Positions 21,691 to 31,459 of a stretch of DNA of 64,000 bases are shown in pieces. A program made the translations under genes and the position numbers. Below the pieces are notes generated by a model that had not been told where the DNA came from, made no database searches, and was given only the letters and a program-made list of their open reading frames with translations. Origin of the DNA: Cenarchaeum sp. (GTDB lineage: Archaea > Thermoproteota > Nitrososphaeria > Nitrososphaerales > Nitrosopumilaceae); assembly GCA_963692915.1 (NCBI GenBank), contig OY843584.1:1344001-1408000 (forward strand). Direction: 5' to 3'. Every line of letters starts with the position of its first letter. Positions within the stretch are counted from its first letter, which is position 1.

Positions 21691-22189
21691 CCCTGCCCGC
21701 AGTCATTCCCGCGGCCTCGTATCCCGGAGCCGGCTCTTGTAGTTTTGAAGGTCAGACAGTGGCACGGACTCTGGAGCCATTGCGTTAAACCATGACTCAA
21801 TCTGTCCCGTGTTGGACTAGAGATATTCTTCAAGCTCAAGATGCGCGTCATGGCGCATGTTAATTGTAGTGAACTGGGTTCCAGTCTTGTTGTCTTTTGC
21901 GCAAATAGGCCAGAGGCCGCTGTCGGCTCCCTTCCTCCCGGAGACCGTCGGCGGCGTCCCTGCGCCGTTCACGCCGGGCGCAGGGCAGGGATATGCGCCC
22001 GCGATGCGGTGTCAGGCGACTTTGCCCCCGACGAGCCACTCTGCTGCCATTATGAGATACGCCGTGCGTTATTTTTGGGTTGTCGAGTCACGGCCCCTGG
22101 CAGGGGCGCCTGAGCCCGATGGGGTGTCATGGGTGCTAGCCTAGAGCCTTACCGGCCACAGGCTCCCGTGCGGCTCCCAACGGGCCGCG

Positions 22190-22975
22190 GTGCCTGAGAC
22201 GTCGCCTCGCGCATACTCGCGTACAGGGCCTATCCCTCGCGGGATCATTCGTGGACAGGGCCGTTAATGTGGGCACGGTGCCCTGCGCGCCCCGCATTTT
22301 GGCATGTGGGAGGGCGCGGGGTCAGGCTCGTCGATCTCCTTTTCCTCCCGGATCGGATTGCCGTGATGCCTGCCGGTCTGCCATGATCTGCGCCCCGCAG
22401 GACATTTTGCCCCCGCTCCTGCTTTTTGTACGAGGCGCATGGCAATGACGCCACACTTGTCGCATGTGCCCACGTTGGCCCTCGTGGCGCATGTGCCATC
22501 CCAGGGGGCCGACAGCCGAGCTGCCCAATGTCACCTTTGCGGCGTAACGGGCGTTTTGATGTCATTTGGCAAAAGCTGCTAGCCGGCGCCCATGGCCGGG
22601 GATAAAAGCGCGCAGAACGTCCCAAGGAAACCAAAACAGGGGAAAGTGGAAGTTTTGCCTATGCGGGCATCTCTAGCTTTTTCATGTCAAACCCCTCGAC
22701 GAGGCGCCATTTCTGTCCCTTTGGCGTGGCCGCCTTGAAGACCATGTCGGCGTGCTCGATCATGCCGATCCTCCCGGCCTCGGCAACGACATCCCATGCC
22801 TCCTCCTCCTCCTCCCCCCCGGTGAGATCGCCCATAATGCGCGTCACGAGCTCAGTCGCCGGCAGGGGTCCATAGATACCCAGTCCCCTCGCGATGAATC
22901 GCATCGCATCTTGCCTTTCCGGGTTCATCAGGGTCATCACGGTTGTGGCGTTATTAAAATCTGGTGCGTTAATGT
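22190..22975. repeat. Segmental duplication (linker + family B gene), repeated at about 30520-31300 and partly at about 25690-26250
   Basis: Near-identical sequence by eye, e.g. GGCAATGACGCCACACTTGTCGCATGTGCCCACG at about 22441, 25728 and 30773. Confidence 0.8.
22659..22928 (-). CDS. Family B copy 13 (expanded Glu tract)
   Basis: LTGGEEEEEAWDVV; family consensus. Confidence 0.8.
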   Translation of the reverse strand: MNPERQDAMRFIARGLGIYGPLPATELVTRIMGDLTGGEEEEEAWDVVAEAGRIGMIEHADMVFKAATPKGQKWRLVEGFDMKKLEMPA

Positions 22976-23141
22976 GGACACAATGCCCTGCGCGCCCCGC
23001 ATTTTGGCATGTGGGAGGGCGCGCGGGGTCAGGGCCACCGGCCTCCTTTTCCTCCAGGGCAGGATTGCCATGATCTGCGCCCTGGGCCATTTTGCCCCTA
23101 CTGCTTTTTGCACAGGGCAGCAAAAACAATGGGGGGTGTGC

Positions 23142-23399
23142 CTATGCGGGCATCTCTAGCTTTTTCATGTCGAATCCCTCGACGAGGCGCCATTTCTGTC
23201 CCTTTGGCGTGGCCGCCTTGAAGACCATGTCGGCGTGCTCGATCATGCCGATCCTCCCGGCCTCGGCAACGACATCCCATGCCTCCTCTTCGGTGAGATC
23301 TCCCACAATGTGCGTCACGAGCTCAGTCGCCGGCAGGGGCCCATAGATACCCAGTCCCCTCGCAATGACTCGCAGTGCGTCTTGCCTTGCTAGGTCCAT
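23142..23399 (-). CDS. Family B copy 14
   Basis: Family consensus; IS481 just upstream of its TATA box. Confidence 0.8.
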   Translation of the reverse strand: MDLARQDALRVIARGLGIYGPLPATELVTHIVGDLTEEEAWDVVAEAGRIGMIEHADMVFKAATPKGQKWRLVEGFDMKKLEMPA

Positions 23400-23452
23400 C
23401 AGGGTCGTCACGGTTGTGGCATTATTAAAATCTAGTGCGTAAATCTAGGCAC

Positions 23453-24544
23453 TGCCTTGTACGAAAAGTAGTGGACTGGGCAGGAATGCTTGCCCGGCGC
23501 AGATCCGGGAGCCCCCGGAGGGCCGTCGGCGCGGGCAGGCTGCCGAAACACACGTTTGGGGGACTCCGCCGCCGGCGCGCCATGCCGGTCAGGAGGCTGG
23601 ACGCGCGGGCGCTCCGGTACGTGGCAAGGACGCTTGCGACCCGGAGCGCCGAGGAGCTGGCGCAGGAGCTCGGGATTTCCAGGTCGTGGGCATACGAGCT
23701 GCGCGCGCACTGCAGGCGAACCGGCGCGCCGCCGGAGCCGCGGCCGATGGGGAGGCCGCGCAGGGACGTCACCGACGGCGAGGTGGCCGAGGTCCTCGGC
23801 GAGCACGCCGACCGGCCGGCCGGCGTCGTGCGCGTGGCCGAGGGGCTGCGCGGCAACAACTCAAAAATAACGTACTGGTCGGTGTACCGCATCATGCTGG
23901 CGGAGGGTCTCGTCACGAGGTCGCGGGCGAAGTCGCGCAGGCGAAAGTGGGTCAGGTTCGAGCGCGCGCACTCCAACGCGATGTGGCACGTGGACTGGCA
24001 CATAATGAAATACGGGCCCCTGAGGGGCTCGCACCTCATAGTGTTCCTCGACGACGCGTCGCGGTGCGTCACGGGCTTTGGCGTGTTCGCCGGGGCCACG
24101 TCGGAAAACTCCGTGCTTGCGCTGCGAAAGGCGATCAGGATGTTTGGCGCGCCGGCGCAGATCCTCTCGGACCACGGCACGCAGTTCACGGCGACCAGGC
24201 GCGGCACGCCGAGCCGCAGCTGGACGCCGACGCTCTTCGAGCGGGAGCTGCTGGACCGCGACATAGCGCACCTCATGGCGCGCGTCCGCCACCCCCAGAC
24301 CAACGGCAAGGTCGAGAGGTTCTTCCAGACGCTCGAGACGGAGATCGGCCACTTTGGCGGGGTTCCCGAGTTCATCGCGTACTACAACGAGAGGCGCCTC
24401 CACTTCGCCCTGGACATCAAGGGCGGCGAGACGCCCCTGCTGGCCTTCAGGAGGCGGAGGGCCGACGGGCGGGTCCGGGCGGGGAACCCGAGGTGGATGG
24501 AGGTGGACTCGAATGACTGAGTCCACTACTTTTCGTATAAAACA
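23453..24544 (+). mobile_element. IS481-family insertion sequence, 1092 bp (diverged isoform)
   Basis: TIRs TGCCTTGTACGAAAAGTAGTGGACT / AGTCCACTACTTTTCGTATAAAACA; 15-bp TSD CGTAAATCTAGGCAC at 23438-23452 and 24545-24559. Confidence 0.92.
23582..24520 (+). CDS. IS481-family DDE transposase
   Basis: Same motifs as 6348-7286. Confidence 0.93.
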   Translation: MPVRRLDARALRYVARTLATRSAEELAQELGISRSWAYELRAHCRRTGAPPEPRPMGRPRRDVTDGEVAEVLGEHADRPAGVVRVAEGLRGNNSKITYWSVYRIMLAEGLVTRSRAKSRRRKWVRFERAHSNAMWHVDWHIMKYGPLRGSHLIVFLDDASRCVTGFGVFAGATSENSVLALRKAIRMFGAPAQILSDHGTQFTATRRGTPSRSWTPTLFERELLDRDIAHLMARVRHPQTNGKVERFFQTLETEIGHFGGVPEFIAYYNERRLHFALDIKGGETPLLAFRRRRADGRVRAGNPRWMEVDSND

Positions 24545-24711
24545 CGTAAATCTAGGCACGATGCCCTGCATTTTGACATATGGGAGGCGCCGGAGCACAG
24601 GCCGCGGCGAGGGATTCATTGGTGGCCCACACTGCGGCCGTGTGGGCAGGAGCCCAAACAGGAATATCACGCCATGCAGCCCCGCAACTCCCCGATGTGC
24701 GTGACTCTAGC

Positions 24712-25527
24712 TTATGCAAAGCGCACCGGTCCGAGGGGCGCATACCTCTTGATGATCTCTCCTGTTTGTAAATTAGGGATTGGCTTCTTGGAATGAAAAG
24801 TGATCTCAAGTGTGCCCTCTTCAATCGGGGTTCCGTTCTCCATCCGTATCTCGTCCTCTAAAACGCAAAAGCTCTTGGAACCCTGCAGAATTTCCGGATG
24901 GGGGGTTGCAAAAATAGATGTGTGTGAGAGTGGGAACATGTGCTCTCTATACTGTTCGGTGACCTTTATGCGGTATGACATGTCACGATTCTTTAGCCAG
25001 GGGGATTTTGTGACCGATGTTGCCACAAAATCGTGTCTAGTCGAGCGAAACTCGCGTGTTGCCAGCATATTATCAAGCTCTGCAATCTTTCCCACATAAC
25101 GCGAGAGCACGGTCGTGTTGGCCCATGCGTGTCGCAGCGAGACGCTATATGCGATTGCAAGCTCCTCGCAGCCACGGACCATCTTGTCGAGGTCGCATCT
25201 CTGGTATAGGTCGTTTAGGTTTTCGTTGTACTCGCCAATCCCGGATGCAGGCACCGCGACCAGGTGATTTCCAACTGTTAGTGATGCCATTTCCGGGTAG
25301 CGCACATGATCCGATACGTTTTGGTCAAATTTCGCCTGAGCGTCGAGGCATAGCCGGAGAAACGCGGGAATGCGCCTATCTGAGTCGAGGCCGTGCTTGA
25401 GAATTAGATCCAGGATCGCGTCCCGGCGCAGTGGAACGAACGTGCAGGGAGACGCCTTGATCGCAGCGTCAATGTGGGGATCTAGGGAGGCGATCAGATT
25501 GCGATCACGCGAATTCGGCGAGCTCAT
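24712..25527 (-). CDS. Family A copy 4: putative ADP-ribosyltransferase
   Basis: VLSRYVG...FVATSVT...LEDEIRM; ATG start. Confidence 0.7.
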   Translation of the reverse strand: MSSPNSRDRNLIASLDPHIDAAIKASPCTFVPLRRDAILDLILKHGLDSDRRIPAFLRLCLDAQAKFDQNVSDHVRYPEMASLTVGNHLVAVPASGIGEYNENLNDLYQRCDLDKMVRGCEELAIAYSVSLRHAWANTTVLSRYVGKIAELDNMLATREFRSTRHDFVATSVTKSPWLKNRDMSYRIKVTEQYREHMFPLSHTSIFATPHPEILQGSKSFCVLEDEIRMENGTPIEEGTLEITFHSKKPIPNLQTGEIIKRYAPLGPVRFA

Positions 25528-25575
25528 TGGCAGTGCCAAAAATTGCCGATATAAAACACATGTGGGCTGATCGCA

Positions 25576-25688
25576 GTATGAGGTCAGCACCTCTCTGCTC
25601 ATTTGACCAAATGGGCGTGATCCTGCCTGTCGACTTGTCACTGCGGCACCTGTCCGGGCATGAGCGGGCAGGGGTGCTGACCTCATAC
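25576..25688. mobile_element. 113-bp MITE, probably IS66-derived
   Basis: Perfect 16-bp TIR GTATGAGGTCAGCACC / GGTGCTGACCTCATAC; copies at 29530 and 32324. Confidence 0.8.
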
Positions 25689-25945
25689 CCATTTTGCCCC
25701 CGCTCCTGCTTTTTGTACGAGGCGCATGGCAATGACGCCACACTTGTCGCATGTGCCCACGTTGGCCCTCGTGGCGCATGTGCCATCCCAGGGGGCCGAC
25801 AGCCGAGCTGCCCAATGTCGCCTTTACGGCGTAACGGGCGTTTTGATGTCATTTGGCAAAAGCTGCTAGCCGGCGCCCATAGCCGGAGATAAAGGCGCGC
25901 AGAACGCCCCAAGGAAACCAAAACAGGGGGAAGTGGAAGTTTTGC

Positions 25946-26209
25946 CTATGCGGGCATCTCTAGCTTTTTCATGTCAAACCCCTCGACGAGGCGCCATTCC
26001 TGTCCATTTGGCATGACCGCCCTGAAGACCATGTCGACGCGCTCGATCATGCCGATCCTCTCGCCCTCGGCAACGACATCCCATGCCTCCTCCTCCCCCC
26101 CGGTGAGATCGCCCATAATGCGCGTCACGAGCTCAGTCGCCGGCAGGGATCCATAGATACCCAGTCCCCTCGCGATGAATCGCATCGCATCTTGCCTTTT
26201 CGGATCCAT
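25946..26209 (-). CDS. Family B copy 15
   Basis: Family consensus, LTGGEEEAW variant. Confidence 0.8.
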   Translation of the reverse strand: MDPKRQDAMRFIARGLGIYGSLPATELVTRIMGDLTGGEEEAWDVVAEGERIGMIERVDMVFRAVMPNGQEWRLVEGFDMKKLEMPA

Positions 26210-26438
26210 CAGGGTCATCACGGTTGTGGCGTTATTAAAATCTGGTGCGTTAATGTGGACACAATGCCCTGCGCGCCCCGCATTTTGGCATGTGGGGGGC
26301 GCGGGGTCAGGGTAGTCGATCTCCTTTTCCTCCCGGGCAGGATTGCCGTGATGCTGCCGGTTTGCCGTGATCTGCGCCCTGGGCCATTTTGCCCCTGCTG
26401 CTTTTTGCACAGGGCAGCAAAAACAATGGGGGGTGTGC

Positions 26439-26699
26439 CTATGCGGGCATCTCTAGCTTTTTCATGTCAAATCCCCTGACGAGGCGCCACTCCTGCTCCT
26501 CCGGGGTGGCCGCCCCTATGATCATGTCGGCGTGCTCGATCATGCCGATCCTCTCTGCCTCGGCAATGACATCCCATGCGTCCTTTTCGGAGAGCGGGCC
26601 CATGAGCCGCGTTATGAACTCTGCCGAAGGAACGGTGCCATAGAGCTCCAGCCCCCTGGCAATGAACCGCAGATCCTCATCCCTGACCATGCTTATCAT
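26439..26699 (-). CDS. Family B copy 16 (divergent subtype)
   Basis: YGTVPSAEFITRLMGPLSEKDAWDVIAEAERIGMIE; start approximate. Confidence 0.75.
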   Translation of the reverse strand: MISMVRDEDLRFIARGLELYGTVPSAEFITRLMGPLSEKDAWDVIAEAERIGMIEHADMIIGAATPEEQEWRLVRGFDMKKLEMPA

Positions 26700-26749
26700 G
26701 CTCATCATGATGATGGCGCCATTAAAACGTAATGCGTGAATGCGCGCAT

Positions 26750-27142
26750 TGCCTTGTACAAAAAGTAGGAGCGGGGCAAAATAGGATGAGGTCAGCACCT
26801 AGACTGCGCGCATGACCTCCTCGGTCACGCCCTTTCCCATTGGCCCCCCACGTCAGCAAGCGCGTCAGGGGGGTCGACGTGCGCCTGGCCGCCGCGCCCA
26901 CCTTGATCTGACCGCACATCCTGCGCCGCACGACCACGTCGCGCAACGCCCTCTCGGCGGCGTTCTTAGTGGACGCGACTCTGGCATGCTCGCAGGGCGC
27001 GAACATCCGCGGTGCGCCGGCGGCGGAGCCCCCCAAGCGCGTGTTTCGGCAGCCTGCCGGACCCGCCGGCCCCCCATGGGGCCCCCCCTGATCTGCGCCA
27101 GGCAGGCATTCCTGCCCAGTCCACTACTTTTCGTACAGGGCA
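26750..27142. mobile_element. Composite remnant: two inverted IS481 ends enclosing an IS66 transposase 3' fragment and IS66-type end
   Basis: TGCCTTGTACAAAAAGTAGGAGCG at 26750; GTCCACTACTTTTCGTACAGGGCA ending 27142; minus-strand STKNAAERALRDVVVRRRMCGQIK resembles the IS66 TnpC TNNxAERxLR motif; ATGAGGTCAGCACC at about 26786. Confidence 0.7.
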
Positions 27143-27471
27143 AAGGCGCATCTCCCACAAAGTGGGACATTCAGCAAAGGCCAGCGACGGGATCGTTCAG
27201 GGTTTTGGGGCGGTCAGCTTTAGGTCTGGGAGATGCCCTAGCTAGTCGCGCGCCCTCGCCGTGGATCCGCCCCCAATAAAGGACAAAACGAGCCCGCATT
27301 GGCCATTCCGGGCTCAATGTGCCCGCCCTTGGGGTGTGCCTATGGCGTCTATTTGGAGCCCTGCGGAATGCCAGTTTCAGAGAATATGGGGGAGATTATG
27401 GCGCCGGCTAGGAGTGATCTGGCACTCTAAATGACGCACATTTAAAGAAGGGACTGTTGGCGAGCTGCGTG

Positions 27472-27978
27472 ATGAGCGCGACAACTGCCCGCCACAACCC
27501 CATGCTAGCCGACAACGAAAAGACGGTGGAGTTTATCAGGGGGTTTGTCGGCGAGGACGAAAAAAAGATCGCCGAGATTGAGGAGTGGGGCAAGAGGCGC
27601 CAGAGGCGCATCGACAGGCTCTGCCACTTTGTCGGCCTCCTCGAGCAGAACGGCATACTAAGGGAGGACGGCAAAGAGTTGGTGGGGGTTATGCGCGAAT
27701 TTGCCGCCACGCAGTGCTTTGCGATCGCCACAGCCCATAATCTAGACGGCATGGAGTACCAGTTCAACGACAGCCAGTCCGGCCCCCTCTGTGCTGCCAT
27801 ACATCTTGACTTTGCAGCCGTCAAGGCAGTGCCAGTCGAGTCGCCCACGGGTCTCTTTGCGAATCCCGAGGACGAGAGGAGGTTCTTGGAGACAGTCAGG
27901 GGCAAGAACCCCCGTGAGCTCGGTAGAATGGCTCGATCCCTGGTAATCGAGGAGAGAGACCGCGTGACTCTAGTATAG
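27472..27978 (+). CDS. Hypothetical protein, probably 3'-truncated by rearrangement
   Basis: TTTAAA box upstream; protein-like composition; last codons lie in the family A downstream repeat. Confidence 0.6.
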   Translation: MSATTARHNPMLADNEKTVEFIRGFVGEDEKKIAEIEEWGKRRQRRIDRLCHFVGLLEQNGILREDGKELVGVMREFAATQCFAIATAHNLDGMEYQFNDSQSGPLCAAIHLDFAAVKAVPVESPTGLFANPEDERRFLETVRGKNPRELGRMARSLVIEERDRVTLV

Positions 27979-28181
27979 CTTAAAGCGCACCGGTCCGAGG
28001 GGCGCATACTTCTTGATGATCTCTCCTGTTTGTAAATTGGGGATTGGCTTCTTGGAATGAAAAGTGATCTCAAGTGTGCCCTCTTCAATCGGGGTTCCGT
28101 TCCCCATCCGTATCTCGTCCTCTAAAATATGAAAGCTCTTGGAACCCCGGAGAATTTCTGGATGAGGGGTTGCAAAAACAG
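27970..28181 (-). pseudogene. 3' remnant of a family A gene
   Basis: Matches the last ~210 nt of copies 2 and 5 (LEDEIR...PLGPVRFKLY). Confidence 0.8.
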
Positions 28182-28201
28182 AGGAGGGTTGGGAGTTTTG
28201 C

Positions 28202-28459
28202 CTATGCGGGCATCTCTAGCTTTTTTACGTCGAATCCCTCGACGAGGCGCCACTCCTGTCCCTCCGGCGAAGTCGCCTTGAAGACCATGTCGGCGCGCTC
28301 GATCATGCCGATCCTCTCGGCCTCGGCAACGACATCCCACGCCTCCTCTTCGGTGAGATCTCCCACGAGGTGCGTTATGAACTCAGCCGCCGGCATGGGC
28401 CCATAGATACTCAGTCCCCTCGCGATGACTCGCAGTGCGTCTTGCTTTGCTGGATCCAT
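28202..28459 (-). CDS. Family B copy 17
   Basis: Family consensus; downstream of family A copy 5. Confidence 0.8.
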   Translation of the reverse strand: MDPAKQDALRVIARGLSIYGPMPAAEFITHLVGDLTEEEAWDVVAEAERIGMIERADMVFKATSPEGQEWRLVEGFDVKKLEMPA

Positions 28460-28665
28460 CAGGGTCATCAAGGTTGTGGCATTATTAAAACCTAGTGCGT
28501 TAATGTGGGCGCGGTGCCCTGCATTTTGACATATGGGAGGGCGCAGGAGCGCAGGCCGTGACGAGGGATTCATTGGTGGCCCACACTGCGGCCGTGTGGG
28601 CAGGAGTCCCAACAGGAATATCTTGCCATGCAGCCCCGCAGTTTCCCGATGTGCGTGACTCTAGC

Positions 28666-29481
28666 TTATGCAAAGCGCACCGGTCCGAGGGGCGCATATC
28701 TCTTGATGATCTCTTCTGTTTGTAAATTGGAAATTGGCCTCTTGGAATGAAAAGTGATCTCAAGTGTGCCCTCTTCGATCGGAGTTCCGTTCTCCATCCG
28801 TATCTCGTCCTCTAAAATGCGAAAGGTCTTGGGACCTCGCAGAATTTCCGGATTGGGGGTTGCAAAAACAGATGTGTATGAGAGAGGGAACGCGTGCTTT
28901 CTATACTGTTCGGTGACCTTTATGCTGTATGATATGTCGCGATCCTTTAGCCAGGGGGATTTTGTGACCGATGTTGCCACAAAATCGTGTCCGGTCGAGC
29001 GAAACTCGCGTGTTGCCAGCATACTATCAAGCTCTGCAATCTTTCCCACATAACGCGAGAGCACTGTCGTGTTGGCCCATGCGTGTCGGAGTGAGATGCC
29101 ATATGCGACTGCAAGCTCCTCGCAGTCACGGACCATCTTGTCGAGGCCGAATCTCTGGTATAGGTTGTTTAGGTTTTCGTTGTGCTTGCCAGTCTTAGAT
29201 GCAGGCACCATGATCTGGTAATTGTCATCTGCTAGTGACGTCATTTCCGGGTAGTCCGCATTATCTGATACGTCTTGGCCGAATTTCTTATGAGCGTCAT
29301 CGCATAGCTGCAGAAACTCGGGAATGCGCCTATCTGAGTCGAGGCCGTGCTTGAGAATTAGATCCAGGATCACGTCGCGGCGCAGTGGGACGAACGTGCA
29401 GGGAGACGCCTTGATCGCAGCGTCGATGTGGGGATCCAGGGAGGCGATCAGGCTGCGATCACGCGAATTCGGCGAGCTCAT
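28666..29481 (-). CDS. Family A copy 5: putative ADP-ribosyltransferase
   Basis: VLSRYVG...FVATSVT...LEDEIRM. Confidence 0.7.
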   Translation of the reverse strand: MSSPNSRDRSLIASLDPHIDAAIKASPCTFVPLRRDVILDLILKHGLDSDRRIPEFLQLCDDAHKKFGQDVSDNADYPEMTSLADDNYQIMVPASKTGKHNENLNNLYQRFGLDKMVRDCEELAVAYGISLRHAWANTTVLSRYVGKIAELDSMLATREFRSTGHDFVATSVTKSPWLKDRDISYSIKVTEQYRKHAFPLSYTSVFATPNPEILRGPKTFRILEDEIRMENGTPIEEGTLEITFHSKRPISNLQTEEIIKRYAPLGPVRFA

Positions 29482-29529
29482 TGGCAGTGCCAAAAATTGC
29501 CGATATAAAATATCTGTGGACTGATCGCA

Positions 29530-29642
29530 GTATGGGGTCAGCACCCCTCTGCTCATTTGACCAAATGGGCGTGTTCCTGCCTGTCTACTTGTCACTGCGG
29601 CACCTGTCCGGGCATGAACGGGCAGGGGTGCTGACCTCATAC
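29530..29642. mobile_element. 113-bp MITE copy 2
   Basis: TIR GTATGGGGTCAGCACC / GGTGCTGACCTCATAC. Confidence 0.8.
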
Positions 29643-29690
29643 GTCGGCCAACGCTTCGCATTTTAATAGGACAGTGACCCACCATGTGCC

Positions 29691-30008
29691 ATGGCATTGC
29701 AGGAAGGACAGAGGCCTCATCAGGGCACAGGGAACAAGACCACGGGCACAAAGCCCCCCAGGGCACAGAACACACAGTCATACGAGGAGACATTTGAGGC
29801 AAAACTCTGTGCGCAAGAAGAGATCTTTGAGCGCCGAAAGGACGAGCTGCTCGCAAAGTACCCCAACATGGACATCGCCGTCTGTGGCGGCGACGTGTTT
29901 GCGGCAAAGGGGCTAACCGAGGCGGCCAAAAAGGCAATGGCTGCCCACCCTGACGAGCCAGTATACATTCACGGCAATACGATCCCGTGCACATCAGCGT
30001 GGATATGA
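29691..30008 (+). CDS. DUF5678-like small protein
   Basis: FERRKDELLAKYPNMDIAVCGGDVF...AMAAHPDEPVYI pattern; TTTTAATA box upstream. Confidence 0.7.
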   Translation: MALQEGQRPHQGTGNKTTGTKPPRAQNTQSYEETFEAKLCAQEEIFERRKDELLAKYPNMDIAVCGGDVFAAKGLTEAAKKAMAAHPDEPVYIHGNTIPCTSAWI

Positions 30009-30394
30009 GCATTCTCCTGCAAGAACATGGCGGGATGTTTCTTGCCCGATGCACAATGAACGAGTGGCAGGGTCATGAACTTGTGGCACTTGTGGATTCG
30101 GGCGCCTCTGTCACCATGGTGACTAGTTCAATATGTGAGCGCGCACATCTGAAATGCACAGGAGTGTCTAGTAATTTGGGATGCATTCATGGCGATAGTC
30201 ACATGAAGGAAAAGGTAAGAACATACCATGGCACCGTTGTTGTGGGGGACAAGACGGGTTCCGGAATAGTTTACGAGCTTGGCGGGGGCCTAGAGGTCAG
30301 CGGCATTGCCATCGATGCCATTTTAGGGCACGACGTGCTAAAACACTTTGATGGCAGGCTAAGCTGGAAAAGCGGATTTGGCTCGTTAGAATGA
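30005..30394 (+). CDS. Retropepsin-like (clan AA) aspartyl protease
   Basis: ALVDSGAS catalytic motif and ILGHDVL; ATGA overlap with the upstream gene. Confidence 0.85.
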   Translation: MSILLQEHGGMFLARCTMNEWQGHELVALVDSGASVTMVTSSICERAHLKCTGVSSNLGCIHGDSHMKEKVRTYHGTVVVGDKTGSGIVYELGGGLEVSGIAIDAILGHDVLKHFDGRLSWKSGFGSLE

Positions 30395-30990
30395 TAATCG
30401 GCGATCTTTTGAGCTGACCATATGGTCTGGTGGGTTGATGCATAATCGCCGTCATCTATAACCACGGACTGCCCTGCACGAAAAGTAGTGGATGGGGGGA
30501 TGCCAACCCCCACAGGCCGCGGTGCCCGAGACATCGCACCGCGCATGTTCGCGTACAGGGCCTATCCCTCGCGGGATCATTCGTGGACAGGGCCGCTAAT
30601 GCGGGCACGGTGCCCTGCGCGCCCCGCATTTTGGCATGCGGGAGGGCGCGGGGTCAGGCTCGTCGATCTCCTTTTCCCCCCGGATCGGATTGCCGTGATG
30701 CCTGCCGGTTTGCCATGATCTGCGCCCTGCAGGGCATTTTGCCCCCGCTCCCGCTTTTTGCACGAGGCGCATGGCAATGACGCCACACTTGTCGCATGTG
30801 CCCACGTTGGCCCTCGTGGCGCATGTGCCGTCCCAGGGGGCCGACAGCCGAGCTGCCCAATGTCACCTTTACGGCGTAACGGGCGTTTTGATGTCATTTG
30901 GCAAAAGCTGCTAGCCTGCGCCCATAGCCGGGGATAAAAGCGCGCAGAACGTCCCAAGGAAACCAAAACAGGGGAAAGTGGAAGTTTTGC

Positions 30991-31254
30991 CTATGCGGGC
31001 ATCTCTAGCTTTTTCATGTCAAACCCCTCGACGAGGCGCCATTTCTGTCCCTTTGGCGTGGCCGCCTTGAAGACCATGTCGGCGTGCTCGATCATGCCGA
31101 TCCTCCCGGCCTCGGCAACGACATCCCATGCCTCCTCCTCCCCCCCGGTGAGATCGCCCATAATGCGCGTCACGAGCTCAGTCGCCGGCAGGGGTCCATA
31201 GATACCCAGTCCCCTCGCGATGAATCGCATCGCATCTTGCCTTTCCGGGTTCAT
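30991..31254 (-). CDS. Family B copy 18
   Basis: Near-identical to copy 13 with a shorter Glu tract. Confidence 0.8.
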   Translation of the reverse strand: MNPERQDAMRFIARGLGIYGPLPATELVTRIMGDLTGGEEEAWDVVAEAGRIGMIEHADMVFKAATPKGQKWRLVEGFDMKKLEMPA

Positions 31255-31459
31255 CAGGGTCATCACGGTTGTGGCGTTATTAAAACCTAGTGCGTTAATG
31301 TAGGCACGGTGCCGTGCATTTTGACATATGGCAGGGCGCCGGAGCACAGGCCGCTGCGAGGGATTCATTGGTGGCCCACACTGCGGTCGTGTGGGCAGGA
31401 GCCCAACAGGAATATCGCGCCGTGCAGCCCTGCAGCTCTCCGATGTGCGTGACTCTAGC

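Noticed and set aside
28666-30054. Long N-terminal extensions of family A, family B, IetA, AcnX and ABC ORFs in the ORF track
   Set aside because: They run through promoters, MITEs or the tRNA; paralog alignment and TATA position support shorter starts
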